Positions 36,117 to 48,169 of a stretch of DNA of 64,000 bases are shown in pieces. Source of the stretch: Eledone cirrhosa (Eukaryota). The translations under genes and the position numbers were made by a program. Where the stretch lies: positions 236,096,001 through 236,160,000 of the forward strand of contig OZ024742.1 in the NCBI GenBank assembly GCA_964016885.1. Direction: 5' to 3'. Each line of letters begins with the position of its first letter. Position 1 is the stretch's first letter. The notes below the pieces were generated by a model. The model was not told the DNA's origin and did not search any database. It saw only the letters and a list, made by a program, of their open reading frames with translations.

Positions 36117-36828
36117 ACGCACAACAATTTGATTTAATATATACTTATAATTCAAGTTTTAATTTTAGTTGAACCTGAGTCTCTGACTGACTGTTGGAAA
36201 GACAAGGTTTTGATTCTTTTTTAACCTTAATTTATTATACTATGTTTCCAGATGTCGAGGTTTTATAGGTCACCTTGTCCACTCTTAAATCTATATTCCA
36301 TTTCTTAATCATATCAAAATGTCAGTAAATCAATAACATCTGCTCAATAATCACAATTGACACTACAACATCACACTTTTATAGAACATATGAGGAATAG
36401 GCTACGTAGCCGGTCCCGGCAAAATAGATAAACATGCTTTTCCAGTTTAATTTACCGGTAAACCCTGAAAGGATTCAACTCTAGCCGGGGACCCGTAACC
36501 TTAATTTACCACTAAATAATAAATAGTGTCTTAGTAGTATTTACTACTATCTTTAACCCAGGTGGTGACTTTCTGCTAAAATTTTTAATTTCGTAAATAT
36601 TTAACTCGGCTAAAATTCTTTTTTTTTAAAATTTAGTAACAGTCTGTGATGGAAAAGAAAAAGCTGATTTTTTTTCCGTATCTTTAGACCGGGTGGCGAC
36701 TTTTTGCTAAAATTCTTAATTTCTAAAATAATTGAATTACTGCTAACATTCTTAATTTCTAAAATATTTCACTCTGCTTTAATTCTAAAGCCCTGGAATT
36801 TTGTAGATTTCGGAATTATTCAGCAGTT

Positions 36829-36900
36829 GGCTCGTTGGTCTAGGGGTATGATTTTCGCTTAGGGTTGGAGAGGTCCCGGGTTCAAATCCCGGACGTGCCT
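36829..36900 (+). pseudogene. Degenerate tRNA-Pro(AGG)
   Basis: Anticodon stem and 3' acceptor strand mutated. Related copy at 48847-48918. Confidence 0.75.
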
Positions 36901-37335
36901 AAACATTTCGGATATTATTTTCATTTTAAGTTTATTTTCTGTCGCACCATGTTAACTTAGATGTAATAAACATTTAAATTCATATATTTTTCAGGTATAA
37001 TCTAATCTTTTTTTTTTACCTTTGGGAACTATTAGTATAACAGTCTGTGAAAAAGAGCTCAATTTCAAACAACTAAATGCAAGCTCTATTCTGAGTAACA
37101 AAAAGTATTTACATCTGCTTACGTTTTCGTGGTCTGGTTTATATGGAGAAAAATAATAATAAAACACTACAGACTTGGATCAGCATAGGTCAATCTATTT
37201 TACTTGTAGTAGTTTACATATTGGGTTTAAAAGCAATAAACAATAGGGGCTGTAGGAAACGTCTAGATAATCCGGAAAGAAGAAGAACCAGAAAAAGAGC
37301 ATTCCCGTATTGAACAAGAAAAAAAAATTCATTAT

Positions 37336-37407
37336 GGGCTCGTCCGTGATTTGAACTGGAGACATTTCGCACCCAACGCGTGAACCATACGCCTAGACCA
37401 ACGAACA
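37336..37407 (-). pseudogene. Degenerate tRNA-Pro(TGG), type-C-like
   Basis: Many substitutions. Related copy at 49366-49437. Confidence 0.75.
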
Positions 37408-37914
37408 ACGACTCAATTAAATATATTCTAGTAATTACAGTTTTAATGTTAGTTGTAACTGAGTCTCTATGTTGGAAACACTTTTTTGTTTCTTTTTTAA
37501 CTTTTATTTATTGTATTGATTCTTGTTTTGGGTTTTGTTTTTAGGTCATCTGGTCACCTCTTATATGTAAAGTCCAATTCTCAATCATATCAAAATACCA
37601 ATAAATCAATGACATCTGCTCAATAACCACAATTGACTCCATAACATCACACCTTTCATAGAACATACGAGGAATAGGCAACGTAACCGGCCCCGGCAAA
37701 ATAGTCAAACATGGTTTTTAAGCTTAATTTACCGGTAAACGCTGAAAGGAGCTAGGGGTCTAGCTGGGGTCCTGTAAGCTTATTTTACCAGTAAATAATA
37801 AATAGTGTTTTAGAACCCAGGTGGCGACTTTCTGCTAAAATGTGTAATGGTAGTTTTGCGAATTAATATTATCTGGTTGCTATTTGTAATATAATTTGAA
37901 AGTATTCACCAGTT

Positions 37915-37988
37915 GGCTCGCTGGTCTAGGGGGTATGATTTTTAGCTCAGGCTGCGAGAGGTCCCGGATTCAAATCCCGGACGAGCCC
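37915..37988 (+). pseudogene. tRNA-Pro-derived type E
   Basis: Type-E lesions. Copy at 49946-50019. Confidence 0.8.
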
Positions 37989-38324
37989 AATCGTTTAGAA
38001 ACATTTGTTTTATTATAAACCTATTTTCAGTCGCACTTTGTTTACAAAGATGTAATGTATATTTAAATGTATAATTGCAAAACAATAAAGAAAACTGTCT
38101 AATTTGTTGATTATTCTATCATAAACATTTTTTAACAAACAAGAAAAGTTACAACTTTATAATTTCATGTTATACATTTATCATTATTGAAAAGATAAAA
38201 CCAGTCGGATCATTTGTCGACAGTTGCTTCTGATAAAAGCTTGTAGAAAGCATCCCCATGACTATTCGAGAAGAAGAAAGTAACTTTTATGTACTGAAAA
38301 AAAAAAAAAAAGGCATGCTAAGTT

Positions 38325-38395
38325 GGGCTCGTCCGGGATTTGAACCCGGACCTCTCGCACCCAAAGCGAAAATCATACCCCTAGACCAACGAGCA
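38325..38395 (-). pseudogene. tRNA-Pro(TGG) with 1-nt deletion
   Basis: One C lost near the T stem and the 5' end mutated. Confidence 0.7.
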
Positions 38396-38849
38396 AGACA
38401 CGTCCTTCTGATTAAATACGTACTAATAATAATAGTGTTAATGTTAGTTGTAACTGAGACTCTGACTGACTGTTATTTTGGACTTTCCTTTATTTGATCA
38501 TGTTTTCAGCTGCCAAGGATTTTAGGTCGTTTGGTCGCCTCTTAAATCAATAGTCCACTTCTCAATCATATCAAAATATCAATAAATCAATAACATCTGC
38601 TCAATAATCAAAATTGACTCCTCAACATCACACTTTTGATTTTAAGTAGTTTTTTTAAAAGATGGTGGTGGAAAATATTTCAAATGTACTTAATCCTCGT
38701 AGCTGGAGCCGCAACTCAAGGTGTCTGACACTCTTATCGGCTAAATAGGTTGGGGGTCTACTTTACCGGGGTCAGCTACATAGCCTCATCCAATATATGA
38801 AGTGGCCAATCTTTGAAAGTGTAATGGTAGCCGTGCGAATTAACATAAT

Positions 38850-39022
38850 TGTTTCTACTATTGGCACAAGGCCAGAAAATTACCCAGTACATTACTGGTA
38901 CTTTATTTTATCGACCCCGTAAGGATGAAAGGCAAAGTTAACCTCGGCGGGATTTGAACTCAGAATGGCAAGGGCCGTAACTCTATGCGTCAAAGCATGG
39001 CGTCCGAACCTCTACCGATACT
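38850..39022 (-). mobile_element. Near full-length SINE, slightly 5'-truncated
   Basis: Same family as 20255-20450 with an ATAAT duplication. Empty sites near 26985 and 50840. Confidence 0.9.
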
Positions 39023-39069
39023 ATAATGTGGGTGCGATTTGTAATATAATGTGTAATTGTTTATCAGTT

Positions 39070-39140
39070 TTTTCGTTGGTCTAGGGGTATGATTTCGCTT
39101 CGGGTGCGAGAGGTCCCGGGTTCAAATCCCGGACGAACCC
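39070..39140 (+). pseudogene. tRNA-Pro(CGG) with damaged acceptor stem
   Basis: The 5' end reads TTTTCG. Copy at 50884-50954. Confidence 0.8.
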
Positions 39141-39505
39141 AATAAATCAATAACATCTGCTCAATAACCACAATTTACTCCCTAAAATCACACCTTTCAT
39201 AGAACATATGACGAATAGGCTACGTAACTGGTCTCGACAAAATAGACAAACATGCTTTTTAAGCTTAATTTACCGGTGAAAGCTGAAAGGATGTAACTTT
39301 ATACGTGGACCCGTAAGCTTATTTTATCACTAAATAACAAATAGTGTTTTAGAACCCAGTTAGACCAGGTGTTGACTTTCTGCTAATATTCTTAATTTTA
39401 AAAATAATTGACTTACTGCTAACATTCTTAATTTCGAAAATGTTTCACTCTTCTAAAATTCTATAGCTATGAAACTCTGTAGATGATTGGAATTATTAAC
39501 CAGTT

Positions 39506-39577
39506 TGCTCATTGGTCTAGGGGTATGATTTTCGCTTAGGGTGCGAGGGCACCCGGGTTCAAATCCCGGACGTGCCT
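39506..39577 (+). pseudogene. Degenerate tRNA-Pro(AGG)
   Basis: Acceptor mismatches. Copy at 51320-51390. Confidence 0.75.
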
Positions 39578-39846
39578 AAACGTTACGGATATTATTTTCA
39601 TTTTAAATCTATTTTCTGTCGCCCCATGTTAACTTAGAAGTAATAAACATTTAAATTTATATGTGTTTCAGGTAATGTGTTTCATCTAATCTTTTTTTTT
39701 TTTTACTTTTTTTTTTTAACAGTCTGTGAAAAAGAGCTCAATTTCAAAGAACTAAATGCAAGCTCTATATAATTAATGAGTAACAAAATGTCTACTGAAC
39801 AAAAACTATTTTGTTTATTTAAAAAAAAAAAAAGTGAGGATATGAT

Positions 39847-39918
39847 GAGCTCGTCCGAGATTTGAACCCGGGACCTCTCGCACCCAAAGCGAGAATCATA
39901 CCCCTAGACCACCGAGCC
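39847..39918 (-). pseudogene. tRNA-Pro(TGG) variant, three substitutions
   Basis: G7:A66 mismatch plus wobble pairs. Confidence 0.6.
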
Positions 39919-41031
39919 ACGTGCAACAACCTAATTAAATATATACTAATAATTATAGTTTTAATGTTAGTTGTACCTGAGTCTCTGACTGACTGTTATG
40001 TTGGAAAGACAATTTTTTGTTTCTTTTTTAACCTTAATTTATTGTATTATGTTTCCTGATGTCGAGATTTTCTACGTCACCCGGTCCACCCTTTAATCTA
40101 TAGTCCGCTTCTCAATCATATCAAAATACCAATAAATCAATAACATCTACTCTATAATCAAAATTGACACTACAGCATCACACTTTTATAGAACATATGA
40201 CGAGTAAGCTACGTAGCCGGTCACGGCAAAATAGATAAACATGCTTTATAAGCATATTACACCGGTAAACCCTTATTTTGCCACTAAATAATAAATAGTG
40301 TTTTAGAACCCAGGCATTTATTAATCCAGGTGGTGACTTGCTGCTAAAATGTTTAATTTCGCAAATATTTGACTTACTGCTAACATTCTTAATTTCGAAA
40401 ATATTTCACTCTGCTAAAATTCTAAAATCATAGAAAAGGGTACCATCACTCTATCTTTTTTTTCACATTTGGTAACACTCTGTGATGGAAAAGAAAGCCC
40501 AATTAAAAAAATAAATGCAAGCACTATATAATTTCTGAGTAACAAAATGTATTTACATCTTTTTACGTTTTCAAGGCCTGATTTATATGGAAAATAATAA
40601 TAATAAAACACTATAGACGTCGATCAGCATTGGTCACTCTGCTTTACTTGTAGTATTTTACATACTGGGTTTAAAAAGAAACCATAGGGGTTGTGGGAAA
40701 CGTCGAGATCAACTCGAAAGTGAACTCGAGAACTCCGACATTCGAAGATAGAAATATAATCCCAAGACAAAAAATCCCTCACTTCTTCGTCTATATAAAC
40801 TATTGTATTTAAGTTAAAACCACAACCTTAGACTAGCCGGATCATTTGTAGACGGTTGCTTTTGATAACACCTTTTGGAAAGCGTGTCTGAGGGCACGGT
40901 CTCTACGACCCTCTCAAGAATTGTTAACGCTTATCACTGAAAAGGTTGCAGCTTAAAATCCTTCAAACAGAAGTAGAAGAAAAATAAATATTTTTGTACT
41001 GAACAAGAACTCAAAAAATAAAAGAGTGGTA

Positions 41032-41103
41032 GGGCTCGTCCGGGAATTGATCCCGGGACCTCTCGCACCCAAAGCGAGAATCATACCCCTAGACCAACGA
41101 GCC
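41032..41103 (-). tRNA. tRNA-Pro(TGG), T-loop variant
   Basis: All stems intact. The T loop reads ATCAATT (T54A). Confidence 0.6.
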
Positions 41104-41324
41104 ATGCACAGCAGTGGTCACTCATATTTACATGTAGTATTTTACATATTGGCTTTAAAAGGAAACAATAGGGGGTGTGGGAAAAGGTGAGATCAATCGG
41201 AAATTGAACTCGGGAACTCCGACACTCGTAGCTAGAAATATACCCCTAGAAAAATAAATCTACTTCGTCTATGTAGACTATTGTAGTTGTCTCTAGGCGA
41301 TAAAAATTCACTTCTCATACATAA

Positions 41325-41675
41325 TTATTACTACTTTCTAAAGTCGTATAAACATGTAAATGGAGTTCCACTGAAGCAAGTGGGGAAATTCAATTATTTC
41401 GGGGTCGTGTTCACGTATGATGGAAGCCAGGAGGCTGACTTAAGTGCAAGAATTACCGGAGGTTGTGCAGTAATACGCCAGATTTAGCATATAGCAATGA
41501 GAAGAAGGGGAGTAGGCGTAAAACCAAACTTGTTATCTTCAATTCTGTATTCGTGCCAAGCCAAACATATGGTCAATAATCTTGAATATTGAACTAAAGA
41601 ATACGATCACGAATACTAGCAGGCGTAATGGGGTTCCACCGAAGGGTCTTTGGACAAACGTTAATCGATAAAGTG
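41325..41675 (+). mobile_element. RTE-clade LINE remnant linking the RT part and the 3' part
   Basis: HVNGVPLKQVGKFNYFGVVFTYDGSQEADLSARITGGCAVIRQI continues to RIRSRILAG..GFHRRVFG. Confidence 0.88.
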
Positions 41676-41905
41676 CTCGGGAACTCCGAGATTCGAAGAT
41701 AGAAATATAATCCCAAGACTAACAATCCCTCACTTCTTCGTCTATATAAACTATTGTATTTAAGTTAAAACAACAACCTTAGACTAGCCGGATCATTTGT
41801 AGACGGTTGCTTTTGATAACACCTTTGGGAAAGCGTGTCTGAGGGTACGGTCTCTACGACCCTCTCAAGAATTGTTAACGTTTATCACTGAAAAGGTTGC
41901 AGCTT

Positions 41906-42310
41906 AAAGAATACGATCACGAATACTAGCAGGCGAAATGGGGTTCCACCGAAGGGTCTTTGGACAGACGATAATCGATAAAGTGCGTAACTCGGAGACC
42001 AGAGAGTCACTCCCAATAGAGCCGCTACTTCTCCGAATTGAGAGATTACAACTCCGATACTACGGGCATGTAGTTAGATTGGCTCAGTAAAGAATCCCTG
42101 GACAGATTTTACGGGCAAAACCAAGCTGCGGGAGACCCAGTGGTACACTACGATCAAGGTGGTTGGATAACATCCATGAGCTTGGCTAGTCTTGCTTGGT
42201 GTTACAGCAGGGTCTATTGGAGACGGTAGCTTCTGACAAGGACCCGCTGGTAGGGGCGTTTAAGGATTCTATCCTCACGACCCTTTCAGTAATAAGTAGG
42301 GGAAGGAGTA
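41906..42310 (+). mobile_element. RTE-clade LINE remnant, 3' end (HOR copy)
   Basis: Paralog of 29530-29930. Confidence 0.85.
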
Positions 42311-43258
42311 TATTAATGTTCAGCAGCTGGGTCGTTAGTTATGGATCTGATCTACTTTGCTTGCGGGGAGTGAGTTGGTCTCAGTTCCAAATCTCGAATA
42401 AGTTCTTTCTTGTTTCTCGATTTAATAAACTATTTTAAAATAAATGCCGCGTTATGTTTAATTCTAGTAAATACATTGTAGTAATACAATGACTCTCGAT
42501 TTCGATTATATCGACTCAATGTTCAAAGAACAAATTATCCAGAGTGGATTTTCTTTTTATTTTAATGTATTTTGTTTGGTTCAAGTAATTAACATCTTCA
42601 TACTAATATCTTTCCATGAAGGAATAATGAAATGAAAGAGCCGAACATCTCTTTTAAAATATCGATAGAGAATATATTTGTTGAAAATGTGAAAATCCTT
42701 TGACTCGAGGTACGATTCTTGCTTTCAGAGCAAGATGCTACGAGTTCAAATCCTAGATGAGTCCTTTTTAATTGAGACGAGTACTTTTAAATTTGCTTTT
42801 CATATAATTTCTTACAGGACAGCAGAAAATAGCGTTAGTATCATAACATGTAATTAGGTTTCGTCCGGGATATGAAAGCCTTTCTCCTCGACTCCTAAGC
42901 GAAAATCATTCACCAAAACCAAGGAGACCACTGATTAAAAACTTCCAATTTTATTATAAATAGTAAACGTGTTATATCAAATTTAAAATACATAACGTAT
43001 CTTATATTGTCTGTGAGAAACAACAAAGAAAACTGTCTACTTTGCTGATTATTCTATCATAACCATATGTTTTAACAAACAAGGCAACGTTACAACTTTA
43101 TAATTTCGTGTTATTCATATATCATTATTGAAAAGATAAAAACATAAACTTAGACCAGCCGGTCCATTTATAGATGGTTGCTCCATATACAACCTTCTTA
43201 AAAGAGTGTTTGAGGGCAGTCAGCACATGTCTAGGATTTTTAGGACACCCGGTCTATT

Positions 43259-43309
43259 CTTCAAACTTAATTCCACTTCAAACTTAATTCCACTTCAAAC
43301 TTAATTCCA
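43259..43309. repeat. 17-bp triplication
   Basis: (CTTCAAACTTAATTCCA)x3, single copy in other monomers. Confidence 0.9.
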
Positions 43310-43474
43310 CTTCTCAATCATGTCCAAATATCAATAAATCAATAACATCAACCCAATAATCACAATTGACGCCATAACATTACCATGACACTTTTTTTCA
43401 GAAAGTGTAATATTTATACAAAGTAATATAAACTTACTGCTTTTAGTAATTTAATTTGAACGTAATTACCAGTT

Positions 43475-43546
43475 GGTTCGTTGGTCTAGGGGTATGATTT
43501 TCGCTTAGGGTGCGAGAGGTCCCGGGTTCAAATCCCGGACGAGCCC
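43475..43546 (+). tRNA. tRNA-Pro(AGG), type D, 72 nt
   Basis: Identical to 5451-5522. Confidence 0.88.
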
Positions 43547-43992
43547 AAACTTTTGGGAATTTTTTTTATCATAAGGCTATTTTCTGTCACACTGTGTTGA
43601 CTTGGATGTAATGTACATGTTTTTCAGGTATCATCTAATCTTTTTTTCACTTTTGAGAACTATTAGTATAACAGTCTGTGATGAAAAAAATAAGCTCAAT
43701 TTAAAACAACTAAATGCAAGCTCTATATAATTTCTGAGTAACAAAGAGTATTTACATCTGTTTACGTTTCCGTGGTCTGGTTTATATGGAGAAAAATAGT
43801 AAAACTCTACAGACGTCGATCAGTATTGGTCACTCAAATTTACTTGTAGTATTTAACATATTGGGTTTAAAAGAATACAATAGGGGTTGTGGCAAAAGTC
43901 GAGATCATCCGGAAAGAGGAACAAGAAAAATAACTTTTGTGTACTGAACAAAAACTTAAAAAAAAAAAATAAAAAAAAAAGGAGGTCATGAT

Positions 43993-44064
43993 GGGCTTGT
44001 CGAGGATTTGAACCCGGGACCTCTCGCACCCAAAGCGAGAGTCATACCCCTAGACCAACGAGCC
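43993..44064 (-). pseudogene. tRNA-Pro(TGG) with T-stem damage
   Basis: Four substitutions. Related copy at 54413-54484. Confidence 0.65.
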
Positions 44065-47000
44065 AACAATATCTTTCTCATTAAACACGTACTAGTAATT
44101 ATAGCTTTAATGTTAGTTGTAACTAAGACTCTGACTGACTGTTAATTTGGAGAGACACTTTTTGTTTCTTTTATAACTTTCATTTATTTTATCATGTTTT
44201 CAGTTGTCGATCAGTTGTAAATCAATAGTCCACTTCGCAACCATATCAAAATATCAAGAAATCAATAACATAGCCTCATCCAATATATGAAGTGGCCAAT
44301 TGTTGAAAGTGTAATGGTAGCTGTGCGAATTGACATAATGTGGTTGCTATTTGTAATATAATTGTTTCTACTTTTGGCACAAGGCCAGCAATTACGCAGT
44401 GCATTACTGGTAATGTGTATTTGTTTACCAGTTGGCTCGTTGGTCTAGGGGTATGATTTTTTGCTTAGGCTGCGAAAGATCCCGGGTTTAAATCGCGGAC
44501 GAGCCCAAAAATTTCGGATGATTTTTTTCATCCTAAATCTATTTTCTGTCGCACCATGTTGATTTAGATGTAATAAATATTTATATTTATATATTTTTCA
44601 GATATCATCTAATCTTTTTTTATACTATTTTATACTATTCGTATAACAGTCTGTGAAAAAGACCTCAATTTCAAACAACTAAATGCAAGCTCTATATAAT
44701 TTCTGAGTAACAAAATTACATCTGTTTACGTTTTCGTGGTCTGGTTTATATGGAGAACAATAATAATAAAACACTACAGACTTCGATCAGCATAGGTCAC
44801 TCTGTTTTACTTGTAGTATTTTACATATTGGGTTTAATGGGAAACAATAGGGGCTGTGGTAAACGTCGAGATCATCCGGAAAGTAGAAGAAACTTTTGTG
44901 TACTGAACAAAACCTGCTTTATTCTTTAAAAAAGGGTTAGGATAGACTCGTCCGGGATTTGAACCCGGGACTTCTCGCACCTAAAGTGAAAAATCATACC
45001 CCTAGACCAACGTGCCACTCACAAATATCCGATTAAATATACACTAGAAATTTTAGTTTTAATGTTAGTTGTAACTGAGTCTACGCTGGAAACAATTTTT
45101 TTAATTTCTTTTTTAACTTTTATTTATTGTATTTATTCTAGCTTTTGAGGTTTTGGGGGTCATCTGGTCACCTCTTATATCTAAAGTCCACTTCTAAATC
45201 AATGACATCTGCTCAATAATCACAATTGACTCCATTACATCACACCTTTGACAGAACTTATGAGGAATAGGCTACGTAGCCGGTCCCGGCGAAATAAATA
45301 AACATGCTTTTTAAGCTTAATTTAGCGGTAAACGCCAAAAGGATGCAACTCTAACCGGGTTACTGTAGGCTTATTTTACCAGTAAATAATAAATAGTGTT
45401 TTAGAACCCAGGTGGTGACTTTCTGCTAAAATGTGTAATGGTAGTTTTGCGAATTAATATAATCTGGTTTTTATTTGTAATATAATTTGAAAGTATTCAC
45501 CAGTTGGCTCGTTGTTCTAGGGGGTATGATTTTTAGCTCAGGCTGCGAGAGGTCCCGGATTCAAATTCTGGACGAGCCCAATCATTTAGAAACTTTTTTT
45601 TTTTTATTGTAAAATTATTTTCTGTCGCACTTGGTTAACTTAGATGTAATGTATATTTAAATGTATATGTGCAAAACAATAAAGAAACTGTCTAATTTGT
45701 TGATTATTCTATCATAGCCCAATACTTTATAATTTCATGTTATACATTTATCATTATTGAAAAGTTAAAACCATAACCTTAGACCAGCCTGTTTATTTGT
45801 AGAAGGATGCTTGAGATAAAACCTCGTAAAGCGTGACTGCAGGCACTGTCCACACGGTCCTCTCAAGAATTGTAAACACTTATCATTGATAATCTTGAAG
45901 CTTAAGATCCTTCAAGAAGAAGAAGAAAAAGCAGAAGAAGGAGAAGAAAAAGAAACCTTGGTGAACTGAACAAAAAAACTTAAATGATTTAAATTGGGCT
46001 CGCCCGTTATTTGAACCCGGTACCTCTTGCACCCAAAGCAAGAATCATACCCATTCACCGAACGAGCCACGCACAACATTTGGTTTAAATATATACTAGT
46101 AATTATAGTTTTAATGTCAGTTGTAACTGAGTCTCTCTGTTAGAAACACTTTTTTTTGTTTCTTTTTTAACTTTTATTTATTATATTAATAGGAGCTGTT
46201 GAGGTTTATTTGGGGTCATCTGGTCACCTCTTATCTCCAATTCTCAATCATGTCAAAATACCAATAACTCAATAACATTTGCTCAATAATTACAATTGAC
46301 TCCATAACATCACATGTTTCATAGAACATATGAGGAATAGGATACGTAGCCGGTCTCGGTAAAACAGACAAATATGCTTTTTAAGCTTAATTTACCGGTG
46401 AAAGCTGAAAGGATGCAACTCTAGCCGGGGTACCGTAAGCTTATTTTACCACTAAATAGTAAATAGTATTTTAGAACCCAGTTCGTTGACTTCTATCTTT
46501 AGACCAGTTGGTGACTATCTGCTAAAATTCTTAATTTCTAAAATAATTGACTTACTGCTAACATTCTTAATTTCTAAAATATTTCACTCTGCTAAAATTC
46601 TAAAGCCATGAAACTCAGTAGATATTTGGAATTATTAACCAGTTAGCTCGTTGGTCTAGGGGTATGATTTTCGCTTAGGGTGTGAGAGGTCCCACCTTCA
46701 AATCCCGGACGAACCCAAACTTTTTGGATTTTTTTTATCATAAATCTATTTTCTGTCGCACTGTGTTAACTCGGATGTAATGTATATGTTTTTCAGATAT
46801 CATATTTACGTCTGATTACGTTTCTCTGCTATGGTTATTTAGGAAAAATATTAAAACTCTACAGACGTCGATCAGTATTGGTCACTCAGATTTACTTGTA
46901 GTATTTAACATATTGGGTTTAAAAGGAAAAAAAATAGGGGGTGTGGGAGACGTCGAGATCATCCGGGCATTGAATTCGGGTTCTCCAACACATGAAGCTA

Positions 47001-47079
47001 GAAAGAGACCCCTAGACAAACAACTCTCATTTCTATTGTATTTGTTTCTTTCGGACAGAAATTCACTTCTCATACATCA

Positions 47080-47425
47080 TTATTACTAATTTCTAAAGTT
47101 GTATAAACAGGTAAATGGAGTTCCACTGAAGCAGGTGGAGAAGTTGAACAATGTCGGGGCCGTGTTGACGAGTGATGGAAGTCAGGAGGCTGAATTAAGT
47201 GCAAGAATTGCAGGAGCTGGTGCAGTAATACGCCAACTCTAGCATTCAGAAATCAGAAGATAGGTAGGCGTAAAAACCAAACTTCGGTATTCATTCCAAT
47301 CCTAACCTATGGTTAAGAATCTGGAGTAATGACATCGCGAATACAAACGGCCGTAATACGATCGCGAATACAAGCGGCCGACATGGGTTTCTTCGGAAGG
47401 GTCTTTGGAGTAACGTTACTCGAGG
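47080..47425 (+). mobile_element. RTE-clade LINE remnant (HOR copy)
   Basis: Paralog of 22960-23312. Confidence 0.85.
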
Positions 47426-48097
47426 AAAATCCTTGGTCAAAAGGTATGATACTCGCTTTGAGTTTAATATGTTACGGGTTCAAATCCTAGGCGAGCACCT
47501 TTTTATCCCTTGTACATGTACTTTTAAATTTACGTTTCATATAAATTCTTACAGGACAGCAGAAAATAGCGTTAGATTCCTAAAACTTAATGAGAGTTCA
47601 TCAGGGATTTGAACCGGGGTCCCCCACCCGAACCTTAAGCGAAAACATACACCTAGACCAAGGAGACCACTGACTAAAAACTTCCACTTATATTACCAAT
47701 AGTAAAAGTGTAATATTAATTTAAAATACATAACGTATCCTATATTGTTTTTGCAAAACAACAAAGAAAACTGTCTAATTTGTTGATTATTCTATCATAA
47801 CCATATTTTCTAACAAACAAGGAAAAGTTACAACTTTATAATTTCATGTTATACATTTATTATTATTGAAAAGTTAAAACCATAACCTTAGTCCAGCCGG
47901 TACATTTGTAGAAGGTTGCTTTAGATAAAACCTCCTAAAGTGTGTCTGAAAGCACTGTCCCCACGGCCGTCTAAAGAATTGTAAATATTTATCATTGATA
48001 ATCTTGAAGCTTAAAATCCTTCAAGAAGAAGAAAAAGCAGAAGAAGAAAAAGAGACTTTAGCGTACTGAACGAAAAAAAATAAAAAAATTAAAAGTT

Positions 48098-48169
48098 GGG
48101 CCCGTCCGGGATTTGAACCCGGGACCTCTCGCACCCAAAGCGAGAATCATACCCCTAGACCAACGAGCC
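48098..48169 (-). tRNA. tRNA-Pro(TGG), U4:G69 variant
   Basis: Identical to 23985-24056. Confidence 0.9.

Noticed and set aside
36394-36510. Cluster of short palindromes (GGCTACGTAGCC, TTTACCGGTAAA) as a structured ncRNA
   Set aside because: It is better explained as the left end of the TIR transposon, and no consistent covariation was visible by eye.
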